The notes below the pieces were generated by a model, which ran no database searches, had not been told where the DNA came from, and saw nothing but the letters and a program-made list of their open reading frames with translations. From contig JBDKUC010000207.1 in NCBI GenBank assembly GCA_039679885.1, forward strand, positions 1 to 49,703: a DNA stretch of 49,703 nt. The letters run 5' to 3'. The position numbers were made by a program, and so were the translations under genes. Position 1 is the first letter of the stretch. Every line of letters begins with the position of its first letter. The stretch is from Thermoguttaceae bacterium (GTDB taxonomy: Bacteria; Planctomycetota; Planctomycetia; Pirellulales; Thermoguttaceae). Below, piece by piece: positions 8,058-17,160 of the stretch.

Positions 8058-8103
8058 TTTGCAGCAGTCTGTGGCCGAAACTCAGTGATCGGGACATGCG
8101 ATC

Positions 8104-9525
8104 ATGGCCAGCACTTCGCCGAGAACCTCGTTCGTCTCCCGCCTCGATCCGCGGGTGAAGATCGCGTGGAGCGCGGTGGTGTCGGTGTTAGCGGTGATGC
8201 TGCGACATCCTGCGGGGCTGGCAGTCTTGCTTGGCGTGGCGTTGAGCCCTTGGTGCATGGTCCGCCCGCCGTTCCGGCTCCGATGGTTGTTTGCTGTGGT
8301 GGCAACGACGGTGGTCGGCAGCATGTTTTCGCAGGGGCTGTTTTACGTGGCCGAGCCACGCACCGAGTGGCTCCCGTTGCTGCCGGGCGTTTCGCTCTGC
8401 ACGGAGGGAATTGTCTATGGGGCCATCGTATCGCTCCGGCTGCTGGCCGTGCTGGCCGCCGGCGGACTGGTCGTGCTGGCGACGCGGCCGCCCGAGTTGA
8501 TCGCGGCGATGCGAAGGCTTCGAGTGCCCGAGTCGCTGGCGGTCACGCTTACGCTCGCGCTGCGACTGCTGCCCGAGATCGGCGAGCAGGGCCGAACGAT
8601 GCTGGCCGCCGATCGCGCGACAACGGGCGGTCGCGGGCTGTGGTCGGCCATGGCCCGCTTTCGACGCCTGCTGCTGCCACTCGTAGCGACAGCGCTCAGC
8701 AAGGCTCGCGAGGCGGCCGAGGTCGAGTCCGAGCATCAGGAGCCGGGTGGGCGGGAGTCGTTGCGTTTCACGACCGCGGATTGGGCAGCGTTGCTTGGCG
8801 TCCTCCTCGTAGCTGCGGTGGGAGTCACGATGGCGACGGTGGTCGACCGGTCGCCGTGGGGCGCCGTTCCCCAGACGACGAACTGGCTCTGTGCAGGCCT
8901 TCTGTTGGTGCTCCTGGCGATTGCCGTCGGACTAGCGATGGCAGGCTCGCGGCGGCGACTGGCGCCGGTTACCGCCGTCGAACTCGCGATTGCCGCGGCG
9001 CTAATCTGTTTGCTGCGGATCGCCGTCCTTCCGTGGCAGATCGGGCTGGCCAAGCTACCTGGGCTGAACGTGCTGATCTTTGCGATTCCGTACACGGTCG
9101 TCTTCCTGATCGGGCTGCGGTTGGCGCCGAGGCTCGGCTTCGCCGCGCTGTTGATCGTCGGTCAGGGCCTTTTCGGGCAACTCCTCGGCAGCGGGATCAA
9201 CCCCGCGTGGTGGCCCTACTATGCCTGGTGCGCGCTCGGCGTGGAGGCGTTGCTCTTGCTGACCGGCTACCGAGTGCAACGTCCTGCGATCCTGCTGGCC
9301 GTGGGAATCCTGCGAGGATTGTTGGCCGAGTCCTACTATTTTCTCATCGCGGCCCCTTTCATCTCGCACAAGTTTTACGATCCGTGGTACGTTGTGCTGA
9401 TGCTCTCGATGGAGGCGGTCGGCTGCGCGATTGGCGCGGCGGTCGCTTGGCAACTATCGCCGGCGATCGAAAAGGCCGTTGGACGAAGCCTCGACCGCGA
9501 GCCGGATGAAACGGTGCAGCCGTAG
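8104..9525 (+). CDS. ECF transporter T component (EcfT/CbiQ family) fused to an additional ~6-TM C-terminal domain
   Basis: The N-terminal ~205 aa (RLDPRVKIAWSAVVSVLAVML...RLLAVLAAGGLVVLATRPPELIAAMRRLRVPESLAVTLTLALRLLPEI) is CbiQ/EcfT-like. Residues ~225-470 form a further polytopic hydrophobic domain. No EcfA ATPase gene is in the window. Confidence 0.75.
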   Translation: MASTSPRTSFVSRLDPRVKIAWSAVVSVLAVMLRHPAGLAVLLGVALSPWCMVRPPFRLRWLFAVVATTVVGSMFSQGLFYVAEPRTEWLPLLPGVSLCTEGIVYGAIVSLRLLAVLAAGGLVVLATRPPELIAAMRRLRVPESLAVTLTLALRLLPEIGEQGRTMLAADRATTGGRGLWSAMARFRRLLLPLVATALSKAREAAEVESEHQEPGGRESLRFTTADWAALLGVLLVAAVGVTMATVVDRSPWGAVPQTTNWLCAGLLLVLLAIAVGLAMAGSRRRLAPVTAVELAIAAALICLLRIAVLPWQIGLAKLPGLNVLIFAIPYTVVFLIGLRLAPRLGFAALLIVGQGLFGQLLGSGINPAWWPYYAWCALGVEALLLLTGYRVQRPAILLAVGILRGLLAESYYFLIAAPFISHKFYDPWYVVLMLSMEAVGCAIGAAVAWQLSPAIEKAVGRSLDREPDETVQP

Positions 9526-9576
9526 ACCGGCCAGCGCGAGGATGCTATCCTATTTCCCCGTTGATCGGAGTACGCA

Positions 9577-10491
9577 ATGCACCATTTTTCTTTCGAGCGC
9601 AACTTGGTTCGCGCGACGTTGATGACTTCTGCGGCCGTCGCGGTCGGTCTGGCCTGGTTCGGCGTTGCGGCCGCCGCGTCGCCGTCGGAGCCATCGAAGG
9701 TCTCGCTGTGGACCGGCCCCGCGCCGGTGGGCGATGGCCGTGTCGAGCGGTCAGATACGACGATTACCGTCTATCGGGCGCCAAGCAAGACCGACGCTCC
9801 GGCCGTGGTGATTTGCCCGGGCGGCGGCTACGTCGGCTGGATGATCGAGCCGGAAGGGCATGAAATCGCGCGCTGGCTCACTCGTCATGGAATCGCCGGC
9901 GTCGTGCTGCCGTACCGGCTGCCTAAGGGGCGCCCACGGGTGCCGCTTTTGGACGCACAGCGGACCGTCCGCGTGATTCGTTTCAACGCGAAGTCGTGGG
10001 GCATTGATCCGAAGCGCGTCGGCATCATGGGGTTTTCCGCCGGAGGGCACGTCGCCGCGACCGCCGCAACGCACTTCGACGCCGGCGACCCGAAGGCGGC
10101 CGATTCGATCGATCACCTTAGTTGCCGGCCGGATTTCGCCATTCTGATCTATCCGGTCATTACGATGGGCGAGAAGACGCACGCCGGTTCGAAGGAGCAA
10201 CTGTTGGGGGCTCATCCCTCACCGAAAATGGTCACGCTCTTCTCGAACGAAACGCAGGTGACGGACGCGACGCCGCCGATGTTTCTCGCCCATGCAAAGA
10301 ACGACTCGACGGTCGCGCCGGAGAACAGTCGAATGATGTATCAGGCGCTTCGCACGCACCAGGTGTCGGCCGAGTATCTGGAATTGCCCAGCGGCGGGCA
10401 TGGTCTCGACGGCTATCGCGGCCCGATGTGGGAAGCGTGGCGTGCGAGGTTGCTCGATTGGCTCGCCGCGGAGAAAATCGTGCGGCCGTAG
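9577..10491 (+). CDS. alpha/beta hydrolase (esterase/lipase-like, secreted)
   Basis: It has the VVICPGGGY oxyanion region, the GFSAGGH nucleophile elbow and a C-terminal GGHG. A signal-like N-terminus suggests the alternative start ATG 9622. Confidence 0.85.
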   Translation: MHHFSFERNLVRATLMTSAAVAVGLAWFGVAAAASPSEPSKVSLWTGPAPVGDGRVERSDTTITVYRAPSKTDAPAVVICPGGGYVGWMIEPEGHEIARWLTRHGIAGVVLPYRLPKGRPRVPLLDAQRTVRVIRFNAKSWGIDPKRVGIMGFSAGGHVAATAATHFDAGDPKAADSIDHLSCRPDFAILIYPVITMGEKTHAGSKEQLLGAHPSPKMVTLFSNETQVTDATPPMFLAHAKNDSTVAPENSRMMYQALRTHQVSAEYLELPSGGHGLDGYRGPMWEAWRARLLDWLAAEKIVRP

Positions 10492-10512
10492 AGAACACCA
10501 ATCATCGCAGGC

Positions 10513-10538
10513 GTTCGTAGTCCTGCCTTTAGGCGGAA
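10513..10538. repeat. single unit of the GTTCGTAGTCCCGCCTTTAGGCGGAA hairpin repeat family
   Basis: The sequence is GTTCGTAGTCCTGCCTTTAGGCGGAA. The same unit occurs at 14873-14898, 16844-16916, 17101-17160 (inverted), 27525-27578, 36791-36814 and 38375-38467. Confidence 0.85.
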
Positions 10539-10642
10539 TGCACGAGACTGAACGGGCTGGGAGGTCCGACCTACGACGCGATTGCGTAGCTATTTATGTG
10601 AGGACTCCTTTGGAAAGCAATCAATCAGAAACGCATCATCCC

Positions 10643-11299
10643 ATGAGCTACAAAGCGGTTTTGTTCGATCTTGATGGAACGTTGCTTGACACGTTGACCG
10701 ATCTGGCTGACTCGACCAACGCCATGCTTCGCCACTTCGGCTTTCCAGAGCATCCACGAGACGAATACAGGTACTTCGTCGGTGACGGCATCGAGGTGCT
10801 GATCGAACGAGCGTTGCCGGCCGATCGTCGCGATCGCGCGACCGTGATCGAGTGTGGGCGGCGCATGCGGACGGAATATGGCGAGCGTTGGGCCGCCACG
10901 ACGCGACCTTACCCAGGCGTGCCCGAACTGCTCGACGCGCTGGCGGCCCGCGGGGTGCCGATGGCCGTTCTCTCGAACAAGCCGGACGAGTTCACGCGGC
11001 TTTGCGTGACCCGACTGCTGTCACGATGGCAATTCGATACCGTGGTCGGATCAGGCCCGTCGTTGCCGCGGAAGCCAGATCCGGCGGGCGCGACCGAAGT
11101 TGCGCGGCGGCTTGGCGTTGCGCCGGCAGAGATTCTCTATCTCGGCGACACGAACACCGATATGCAGACGTCCGTAGCGGCCGGCATGTTCCCGGTCGGC
11201 GCGCTCTGGGGTTTTCGGACCGCCGACGAGCTAACCGCCGCCGGCGCCCGGGCGTTGGCCGCGACGCCGCACGAGGTGCTTTGCATCCTCGACGGCTGA
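10643..11299 (+). CDS. HAD-family hydrolase, phosphoglycolate phosphatase-like
   Basis: The start is taken at ATG 10643. MSYKAVLFDLDGTLLDT is HAD motif I (DxDGT). The SNKP and GDTNTDM motifs are present. Confidence 0.9.
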   Translation: MSYKAVLFDLDGTLLDTLTDLADSTNAMLRHFGFPEHPRDEYRYFVGDGIEVLIERALPADRRDRATVIECGRRMRTEYGERWAATTRPYPGVPELLDALAARGVPMAVLSNKPDEFTRLCVTRLLSRWQFDTVVGSGPSLPRKPDPAGATEVARRLGVAPAEILYLGDTNTDMQTSVAAGMFPVGALWGFRTADELTAAGARALAATPHEVLCILDG

Positions 11300-11350
11300 A
11301 TCGAAGTGAATTCGCCGCCCCAAGGCGTTACGCGAAGCACTCAGCTTTTT

Positions 11351-11423
11351 AAGAACGCTAATCTGCGCTGATCTACGCTGATCGGGCGAAAATTAGCGAC
11401 GATTAGCGGTGATTAGTGTTTCC
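11351..11423. repeat. hairpin element with 10-nt periodic arms (CGCTRATCNN / GCGNNGATTA)
   Basis: The left arm is CGCTAATCTG CGCTGATCTA CGCTGATCGG. It faces GCGAAAATTA GCGACGATTA GCGGTGATTA. The element is related to 6064-6134 in the opposite orientation. Confidence 0.7.
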
Positions 11424-11456
11424 TGAGTATGGCGGAACTACGAACGACTTTGCAGT

Positions 11457-11744
11457 TCACCCCTCGTGCCGCTTGAGGCCGCAGGCCCAAAAGCTCAGCC
11501 ACAGGGCGGTCAGCGCGAGCAGCCAGATGCAGAGCTTGAAGACGGCCACCATCCAGAACCAAACGCTCTGGACGAAGGGCCAATCGATGTTCGGGCCCCA
11601 GAGCGAGAGGAGCCAAGCGGGCCGGGCGTGCATCACGACCAGATAGGCGATCCACTGGACGAGAATGAACACCACGGCGATCAGCACCACCCACCATGCG
11701 GCGACGGCGGCGGATTTCACCCGTTTGTGAAATAGGTTGTTCAT
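11457..11744 (-). CDS. hypothetical small membrane protein (3 TM)
   Basis: The start is taken at ATG 11744, with GGAGGG just upstream on the minus strand. The sequence is MNNLFHKRVKSAAVAAWWVVLIAVVFILVQWIAYLVV... and is W-rich and hydrophobic. No family recognised. Confidence 0.5.
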   Translation of the reverse strand: MNNLFHKRVKSAAVAAWWVVLIAVVFILVQWIAYLVVMHARPAWLLSLWGPNIDWPFVQSVWFWMVAVFKLCIWLLALTALWLSFWACGLKRHEG

Positions 11745-11978
11745 GATCTGCCCTCCAAGGAATTGTTGGGGGCTGGGCAAGGCGGCAACCGCACGCAGGA
11801 CCGATGGCGCCGGACTTGCCGCGACTGCGGCCTTTGAGCCCTATGGCGACAACAACGGTGGCAGGACCCCGCGTTGTTCCGCCAAGCTTGCGGCCGTCGC
11901 TCGGCCGATGAACAGAGGGTGTTGCGTCGTCGAACCGGTCGGCGCAACCCGCCAAGGGCAGCAGGAGAGTGGCCAGGA

Positions 11979-12977
11979 ATGAGTGCGGGAGATGCGCCCA
12001 GCGATCATGCCCTGCGACGCATTTGCGAGGGGGCAACGACGTCCGTCGCCGGCGGGCTGATTCTCTGGCTCGTCACCAGTTCTATGTCGCAACCGGCGGC
12101 GAGCCAGCGTAACGCGCCGGCCAGTGCGCCGGCGGTGCAGGCCCCTGCAACGCCGGGCAGTCCCTCGGGCCAACCGCTGCTGGCCGAAGCCCCATTGCCG
12201 GGCGTTGATCAGTTGCCAGCCGGACCGGCAGCGTCCCCCGCTCCGCCACTCGCGGCGCCGCTTGTCGCGCCACTCACACCGCCAGGCCAGGAGCCCGCCG
12301 CGCCAGCGACACCGACTCCGGCCGCCCCGACGCCCGTCCCAAAGAGCCTCGTCGTGACTCCCTATTCGATCCCCGTCGGGTCGGTGTTGTTCTTCGAAAA
12401 TTTCGCCGGCTACGGAGAAGGGGCGACGACCAGTTGGGGATCGGGCACGTTCGTCAAGACGGGACTCGACCATCGCAAGTGGCTCGTCTCGAACATCGAG
12501 GGGACGCACCCGGTCGGTTGCCGAGTGCGATTGCCGAATGAGTTCTATCTCGAGTGCCGCTATTCGGCCGACGCGCCGGAAGTGACGCGCGGACTGTTGG
12601 GCTGGTGGAAAGAGCCTATCAGCAGCGACATCAGTCTGGTCAACGACCAGGGCGTCCGCTACACGATCCATTGGGTCATCAAGTACGGGAACGACCCGAC
12701 GAAACTCGGCCCGATCGGCTCATCGTCGCTCTTGGTGCGAAAGTATTACCACACGATCCGGCTGCCTGACGGCGCGACGAGCGAAGTGGGCGTCGCGCAG
12801 CCGACGGGCGTCTTGCGGATCGAGCGGGACAAGAACGCGGTCAAGGTGTTTATCGACGGCCAGTCGGTGGTTGCCGGAACCTTGACGACGCCGAATCCCT
12901 TGGTGGGCTTTGAACTGAGCCTCGTGAAGGCCAAGAGCGGCGCGTTGTTCTTCACCGAGTTCAAGATCGGCCGCTAG
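11979..12977 (+). CDS. hypothetical exported protein: TM/signal anchor, Pro/Ala-rich linker, C-terminal beta-sandwich-like domain
   Basis: The start is taken at ATG 11979. It has a P/A-rich stretch (APAVQAPATPGSPSG...PAAPATPTPAAPTPVP). The ~200-aa C-terminal domain ends in ...GALFFTEFKIGR, reminiscent of concanavalin/DUF1080-type domains. That similarity is a weak impression only. Confidence 0.6.
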   Translation: MSAGDAPSDHALRRICEGATTSVAGGLILWLVTSSMSQPAASQRNAPASAPAVQAPATPGSPSGQPLLAEAPLPGVDQLPAGPAASPAPPLAAPLVAPLTPPGQEPAAPATPTPAAPTPVPKSLVVTPYSIPVGSVLFFENFAGYGEGATTSWGSGTFVKTGLDHRKWLVSNIEGTHPVGCRVRLPNEFYLECRYSADAPEVTRGLLGWWKEPISSDISLVNDQGVRYTIHWVIKYGNDPTKLGPIGSSSLLVRKYYHTIRLPDGATSEVGVAQPTGVLRIERDKNAVKVFIDGQSVVAGTLTTPNPLVGFELSLVKAKSGALFFTEFKIGR

Positions 12978-13030
12978 CCGGGCTCGGCAGGCGTTCGTAG
13001 AATGCTCTGGTGGATCCCGTCGATCTCCAC

Positions 13031-13170
13031 CTTGTTCCCATGCTCCCGCGTGGGAACACACTCGTGGCGATGCTCCTGCGTCGCCGCGATCGACAAGTCA
13101 ACACGCGCCACGCTCAGGACGCCGGAGCGTCCAAGTGGTGCGTCCCCACGGGGGACCGTGGGAACGAAGG
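13031..13170. repeat. ~145-bp four-hairpin interspersed element (copy 1)
   Basis: It contains the hairpins GTTCCCATGCTCCCGCGTGGGAAC, GGCGATGCTCCTGCGTCGCC, GGACGCCGGAGCGTCC and TCCCCACGGGGGACCGTGGGAA. The reverse complement of 16942-17088 aligns along the whole length. Confidence 0.8.
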
Positions 13171-13186
13171 TACGTGGGGGTGCAGT

Positions 13187-13606
13187 ATGCACAGGCCACG
13201 CTTCAAGTTGCTCTACGATGGGGACTGCCCGGTGTGCAGCCGCGAGGCGGAGTGGCTCAAACGGCGAGACCGGAACGACCTGCTCGAGTTGGAGAACATT
13301 GCCGCGCTGGGTTTCGACCCCGCCCGATATGGCCTGAGTTGGGCCGAGGTCACCGGCGCCCTGCACTGCGTCCTGCCAAACGGGCGTGTCGTTCGCCGAA
13401 TGGAAGCCGTCCGGCAAGCGTATCGCGCGGTCGGGCTTGGTTGGCTGGTCGCGCCGACCCGATTGCCGATTGTCCGCGAAGCGCTCGACGGCATGTACGG
13501 TCTGTTCGCTCGAAACCGCGGCCGCATCGGCTGTCTCGTCCGGCGCATGCGCGGCGACGTGAAGTGCTCCGCGGCCGGTGAGCGAAAAACAGGCAAGCCC
13601 AACTAA
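13187..13606 (+). CDS. thiol-disulfide oxidoreductase DCC family protein (DUF393)
   Basis: The start is taken at ATG 13187. FKLLYDGDCPVCSREAEWLKRRD carries the DCC CxxC signature. Confidence 0.85.
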   Translation: MHRPRFKLLYDGDCPVCSREAEWLKRRDRNDLLELENIAALGFDPARYGLSWAEVTGALHCVLPNGRVVRRMEAVRQAYRAVGLGWLVAPTRLPIVREALDGMYGLFARNRGRIGCLVRRMRGDVKCSAAGERKTGKPN

Positions 13607-13638
13607 ACGCCCCGTCGCGGAACATGATCGTCACATTC

Positions 13639-13702
13639 GGGTGGCACGCCCTGACAGGGCGTGTCGCGCCGATCTACCACGCCCTTTCAGGGCGTGCCAC
13701 CC
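13639..13702. terminator. nested palindrome between convergent genes (possible bidirectional terminator)
   Basis: Hairpins CACGCCCTG-A-CAGGGCGTG (13645-13663) and CACGCCCT-TTC-AGGGCGTG (13678-13696) are enclosed by the outer inverted repeat GGGTGGCACGCCCT / AGGGCGTGCCACCC. The element lies between the 3' ends of the DCC gene and the URO-D-family gene. There is no U-tract. Confidence 0.4.
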
Positions 13703-13728
13703 ATTCGGACCTCATCGCTGAGAGAGCA

Positions 13729-14745
13729 TCACGAACGCAGCGCGTCGATGTTGGCCGAGGGGGCGCCGGGGGGCGTTCCGCCGCCGCAAGAGACGATGAC
13801 TCCGCGCTTGTCGTCGACGCCGGCGAGCATTTCCGAGACGGCCCGCGACACGTCGTCAGGCGTTCCGGCCGCCAACACATCGCGGGGCGGAATGTTTCCC
13901 AGCAGGGCGACCGAGGGACCGGCCGCCGCCCGCATCTGCGCAACACTGTGTTGGAAGGAGTAGTTGAACAGGTTGACGCCCATCTCGGCGAGGTGCCGGG
14001 CGGTGATCATTCCCGGCGCGTCGTTGTGCAGGAAGCGAACGGACACCGGATGGCAGCCGAACGCCCGCTTCAGATACGGCAGGGCGAACTGGAGAAAGTC
14101 GTCCTCGCGGAGGAAACCGATCAGGTCGTCGAGCAGGAAAATGCCGTCGATCGAGTCGAACGCGGCGGCCTGACACTCGATCCAGTCGACGAGGAAGTCG
14201 GTGATGACGGTCAAGAGCCGGTGCATTTCCTCCGGGTTGGTCTTCAGGCCGATGAGGAACTCGGTGTGGCCGAGCAGGTACGAGGCAATGTTCAGCGGCC
14301 CACGAGCGGTGGCGAAGCGGATGCGATGGCCAGCCTTCTCGATTTCCGGGCGGCAGCGTTCGAGGCGGCGGAGCACGAACGGAAGCAACCCGTCGGTACG
14401 GCAGTTCGGCTTCGTCAGCCGGGCGATCTCAGCGTAGTCGTTCAGCACGCGGCCCGGGCTCGGGAAGTTGTCGCCGGGCCAGATGCACTTCGCCCCGAAG
14501 GCCGACGGCTCGGTGCACATGCCGAACTCGGCCCAAAAGCCGGGCAGCAGCATGATCTTGTCGAACCGGGTGGCCGCTTCGAGGTTGACCCGGAGCCAGG
14601 TCGGGTCGTCGGTGAAGTAGTCGAGCATCGAGGCGCCGGCCCAACCGGGGAGCCAGGGGCTATCGACGATGAGCCCGACCGGCAACGGGTCGAGCAGATC
14701 GCCGTGAATCGTGCGGAGCAGGTCTTGCCACTGAGAATCGGTCAT
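13729..14745 (-). CDS. uroporphyrinogen decarboxylase (URO-D) family protein
   Basis: The start is taken at ATG 14745 (the track ORF begins at a TTG at 14766). Length and overall pattern (...PVGLIVDSPWLPGW..., ...FLLDDLIGFL..., ...RFLHNDAPG..., ...ALLGNIPPRDVL...) are typical of the URO-D/MtaA-like family. Confidence 0.8.
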   Translation of the reverse strand: MTDSQWQDLLRTIHGDLLDPLPVGLIVDSPWLPGWAGASMLDYFTDDPTWLRVNLEAATRFDKIMLLPGFWAEFGMCTEPSAFGAKCIWPGDNFPSPGRVLNDYAEIARLTKPNCRTDGLLPFVLRRLERCRPEIEKAGHRIRFATARGPLNIASYLLGHTEFLIGLKTNPEEMHRLLTVITDFLVDWIECQAAAFDSIDGIFLLDDLIGFLREDDFLQFALPYLKRAFGCHPVSVRFLHNDAPGMITARHLAEMGVNLFNYSFQHSVAQMRAAAGPSVALLGNIPPRDVLAAGTPDDVSRAVSEMLAGVDDKRGVIVSCGGGTPPGAPSANIDALRS

Positions 14746-14872
14746 CGGAGCATCCACTGGAAGCAAAAGGCGAAGCTTGGGCGAAATAAAACGCCGCCAT
14801 TGTAATCCTTTGCGGGCGGTTTGGCGACGCCGCTGCGTTCAGGGCGGTAGAACCACAGAGTCCGCCGCAGAC

Positions 14873-14898
14873 GTTCGTAGTCCCGCCTTTAGGCGGAA
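14873..14898. repeat. single unit of the GTTCGTAGTCCCGCCTTTAGGCGGAA repeat family
   Basis: An exact consensus unit in the divergent spacer between the URO-D-family and outer-membrane-factor genes. Confidence 0.85.
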
Positions 14899-15177
14899 GA
14901 TGACCAGCCAAAGCCGCTACTGCGAACGACTTTGCAGCTCTCCGTCTTCACTTCGTTGACGACGACCGATTGCCCGATCCCTTGCTAAGCCTGCGTTAAT
15001 TTGGCGACTCCGCGGGGTTGGCGGGTTCGCGAGCGGCCATGCCGACCGGCGAACGCCGACCGAACCGATCGAAGCGGCAGTGCCGATTGAAACGATAGTG
15101 GCGATCGTAGCGACCGAAGGGGGAGGTCGCGCACGCAACGCCGACGGACGGGGACAATTCGCATTAGGAAATCGCCA

Positions 15178-16818
15178 ATGCTCCGAATTTGCCCGTTCCA
15201 ACCAATCGCTCTGGCCCTATTCGTCGTTGCCGTTTTGTCGTCGAGCGGATGCACGAGCGTCCGCCAGTATGTCAGCAACGGATTCAAGGTGGGGCCGAAC
15301 TACTCCCCCGCGCCGGCGCCGGTGGCGGAGCACTGGATCGACCAGGCGGACATCCAGGTCGCCGAAGGCCGGGACCTCTGCCAGTGGTGGTGTGTCTTCC
15401 ACGACCCGACGCTCGATCATCTGATCGTCTGCGCGTATCGGCAGAACTTGACGCTGCGCGAGGCCAGCTCCCGGATCCTTGAAGCGCGGGCGCTGCTCGG
15501 CATCGCCCGGGGCGAGATCTTTCCACAGACGCAGAACGCCACCGGCGGCTATCAGCGCGTGGCCGTGAGCCAGAACGCCGCGCAGGGACCAATCGCGAAC
15601 CCGTTCTTCAACCAGTGGAATTTCGGATTCAACCTGGCGTGGGAGATCGACTTCTGGGGCCGGCTGCGCCGCGCCATTGCGGCGGCGGACGATCAGCTTC
15701 AGGCCTCGGTGGCCGACCACGATCAGGTGCTGGTTACTCTGCTGGGCGACGTGGCCACGAATTACATCCAGATACGCACCGATCAGGAGCGGCTCCGCTA
15801 CCTTCGCCAAAACGTGACGATCCTTCAATTGGTCCTGAAATGGACGCAGCGGCGCGAGCAAGTCGGCTTCAAGACCACGCCGCTGGACGTTCATCAGACC
15901 GAGAGCAACGTCGAGCAGACGATCGCGGCGATTCCGCAATTGGAGATGGACCTGCGGCAGGCGGAGAACCGGCTTTGCGTCTTGCTCGGCATGCCGCCGG
16001 CGCAACTCGGCCCGATGCTGGGTGAGGACGCGATTCCCGCCGTCCCGCCGGAGCTGGCCATCGGCTTGCCGGCCGAATTGCTGCGACGCCGACCGGACGT
16101 TCGCCGGGCCGAGCGTCTGGCGGCTGCGCAGTCGGAACAGATCGGCATCGCGGCGGCCGACCTCTATCCGGCCTTTTCGATCGACGGAACGCTCGGCTGG
16201 GAAGCGGCGAACTCGTCGAACCTGTTCTCGCCGAAGTCGCTCAACGGCAACGTTGGCCCGACGTTCCGATGGAACTTGCTCAATTACGGCCGGATCGCCA
16301 ACAACGTCCGTTTTCACGAAGCGCGGTTCCAGGAGCTCATCGCCGCTTACCAGCAGACCGTGTTGCAGGCCGACCAGGAAGTCGAGGACGGACTGGTCAC
16401 GTTCTTGAAAGCTCAAGACCGCACACGGCATCTCGAAAAGAGCGTCAACGCGGCCAGCGCGGCGGTGCGCGACATGTTCCTGCCGACGGCCATCGGCCAG
16501 CCGGGGTTCGACTTCAACCGATTCGCCTTGATCGAGCAAAACCGGATCACACAACAGGACCTGCTCGCGCAGTCGCGAGGGCAAATCGATCAGGGGCTGA
16601 TCCTCGTCTATCGGGCGTTGGGCGGCGGCTGGGAGCTTCGTGAGTGTCCGCCGGCAGGCGTGCCGCCGTTGCCGGAAGTGCCGCCAAGCGTCACGCCGGA
16701 AGGGGCCGAAGAGTTGCAAAGGCTTCGGAACTTGCTCGAACCGCAGGCCGGCCAGCCCATGCCGCCGCCGGTCCCCGAACGGCTCCCGAGACCCAGCAGC
16801 GAGCCGGCGATGCCGTAG
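15178..16818 (+). CDS. efflux transporter outer membrane factor lipoprotein, NodT family (TolC-like)
   Basis: The lipobox is ALFVVAVLSSSGC. NGFKVGPNYSPP...EHW is the typical NodT N-terminus, followed by two OEP repeats. No RND or MFP partner is in the window. Confidence 0.9.
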   Translation: MLRICPFQPIALALFVVAVLSSSGCTSVRQYVSNGFKVGPNYSPAPAPVAEHWIDQADIQVAEGRDLCQWWCVFHDPTLDHLIVCAYRQNLTLREASSRILEARALLGIARGEIFPQTQNATGGYQRVAVSQNAAQGPIANPFFNQWNFGFNLAWEIDFWGRLRRAIAAADDQLQASVADHDQVLVTLLGDVATNYIQIRTDQERLRYLRQNVTILQLVLKWTQRREQVGFKTTPLDVHQTESNVEQTIAAIPQLEMDLRQAENRLCVLLGMPPAQLGPMLGEDAIPAVPPELAIGLPAELLRRRPDVRRAERLAAAQSEQIGIAAADLYPAFSIDGTLGWEAANSSNLFSPKSLNGNVGPTFRWNLLNYGRIANNVRFHEARFQELIAAYQQTVLQADQEVEDGLVTFLKAQDRTRHLEKSVNAASAAVRDMFLPTAIGQPGFDFNRFALIEQNRITQQDLLAQSRGQIDQGLILVYRALGGGWELRECPPAGVPPLPEVPPSVTPEGAEELQRLRNLLEPQAGQPMPPPVPERLPRPSSEPAMP

Positions 16819-16827
16819 CGCACGCCG

Positions 16828-17160
16828 GCTCGTAATACCGCGCGTTCGTAGCACCGCTATTTAGGCGGAATCGCGCTCGTAGTACCGTGCGTTCGTAGTA
16901 CCGCCTTTAGGCGGAATCGCGCTCGTGGCTCCGGCTTTTAACCTCGTTCCCACGGTCCCCGTGGGAACGCGCCGCTTGGACGCTCCCGCGTCCTCAGCAT
17001 GACGTATTGACCTGAAACTGGTTATCAATCCCGGCGACGCAGGAGCATCGCCACGAGTGTGTTCCCACGCGGGAGCGTGGGAACAAGGTTACATGAACCA
17101 GCCGCCTGAAGGCGGAACTACGAACATGAACCCGCCGCCTGAAGGCGGAACTACGAACGG
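16828..17160. repeat. composite repeat cluster filling a convergent spacer
   Basis: It contains two GTTCGTAG...GGCGGAA units (16844-16870, 16891-16916), copy 2 of the 145-bp four-hairpin element (16942-17088, inverted relative to 13031-13170), and two inverted units CCGCCTGAAGGCGGAACTACGAAC (17101-17160). The last unit supplies the final codons and stop of the glycerate kinase gene. Confidence 0.85.
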
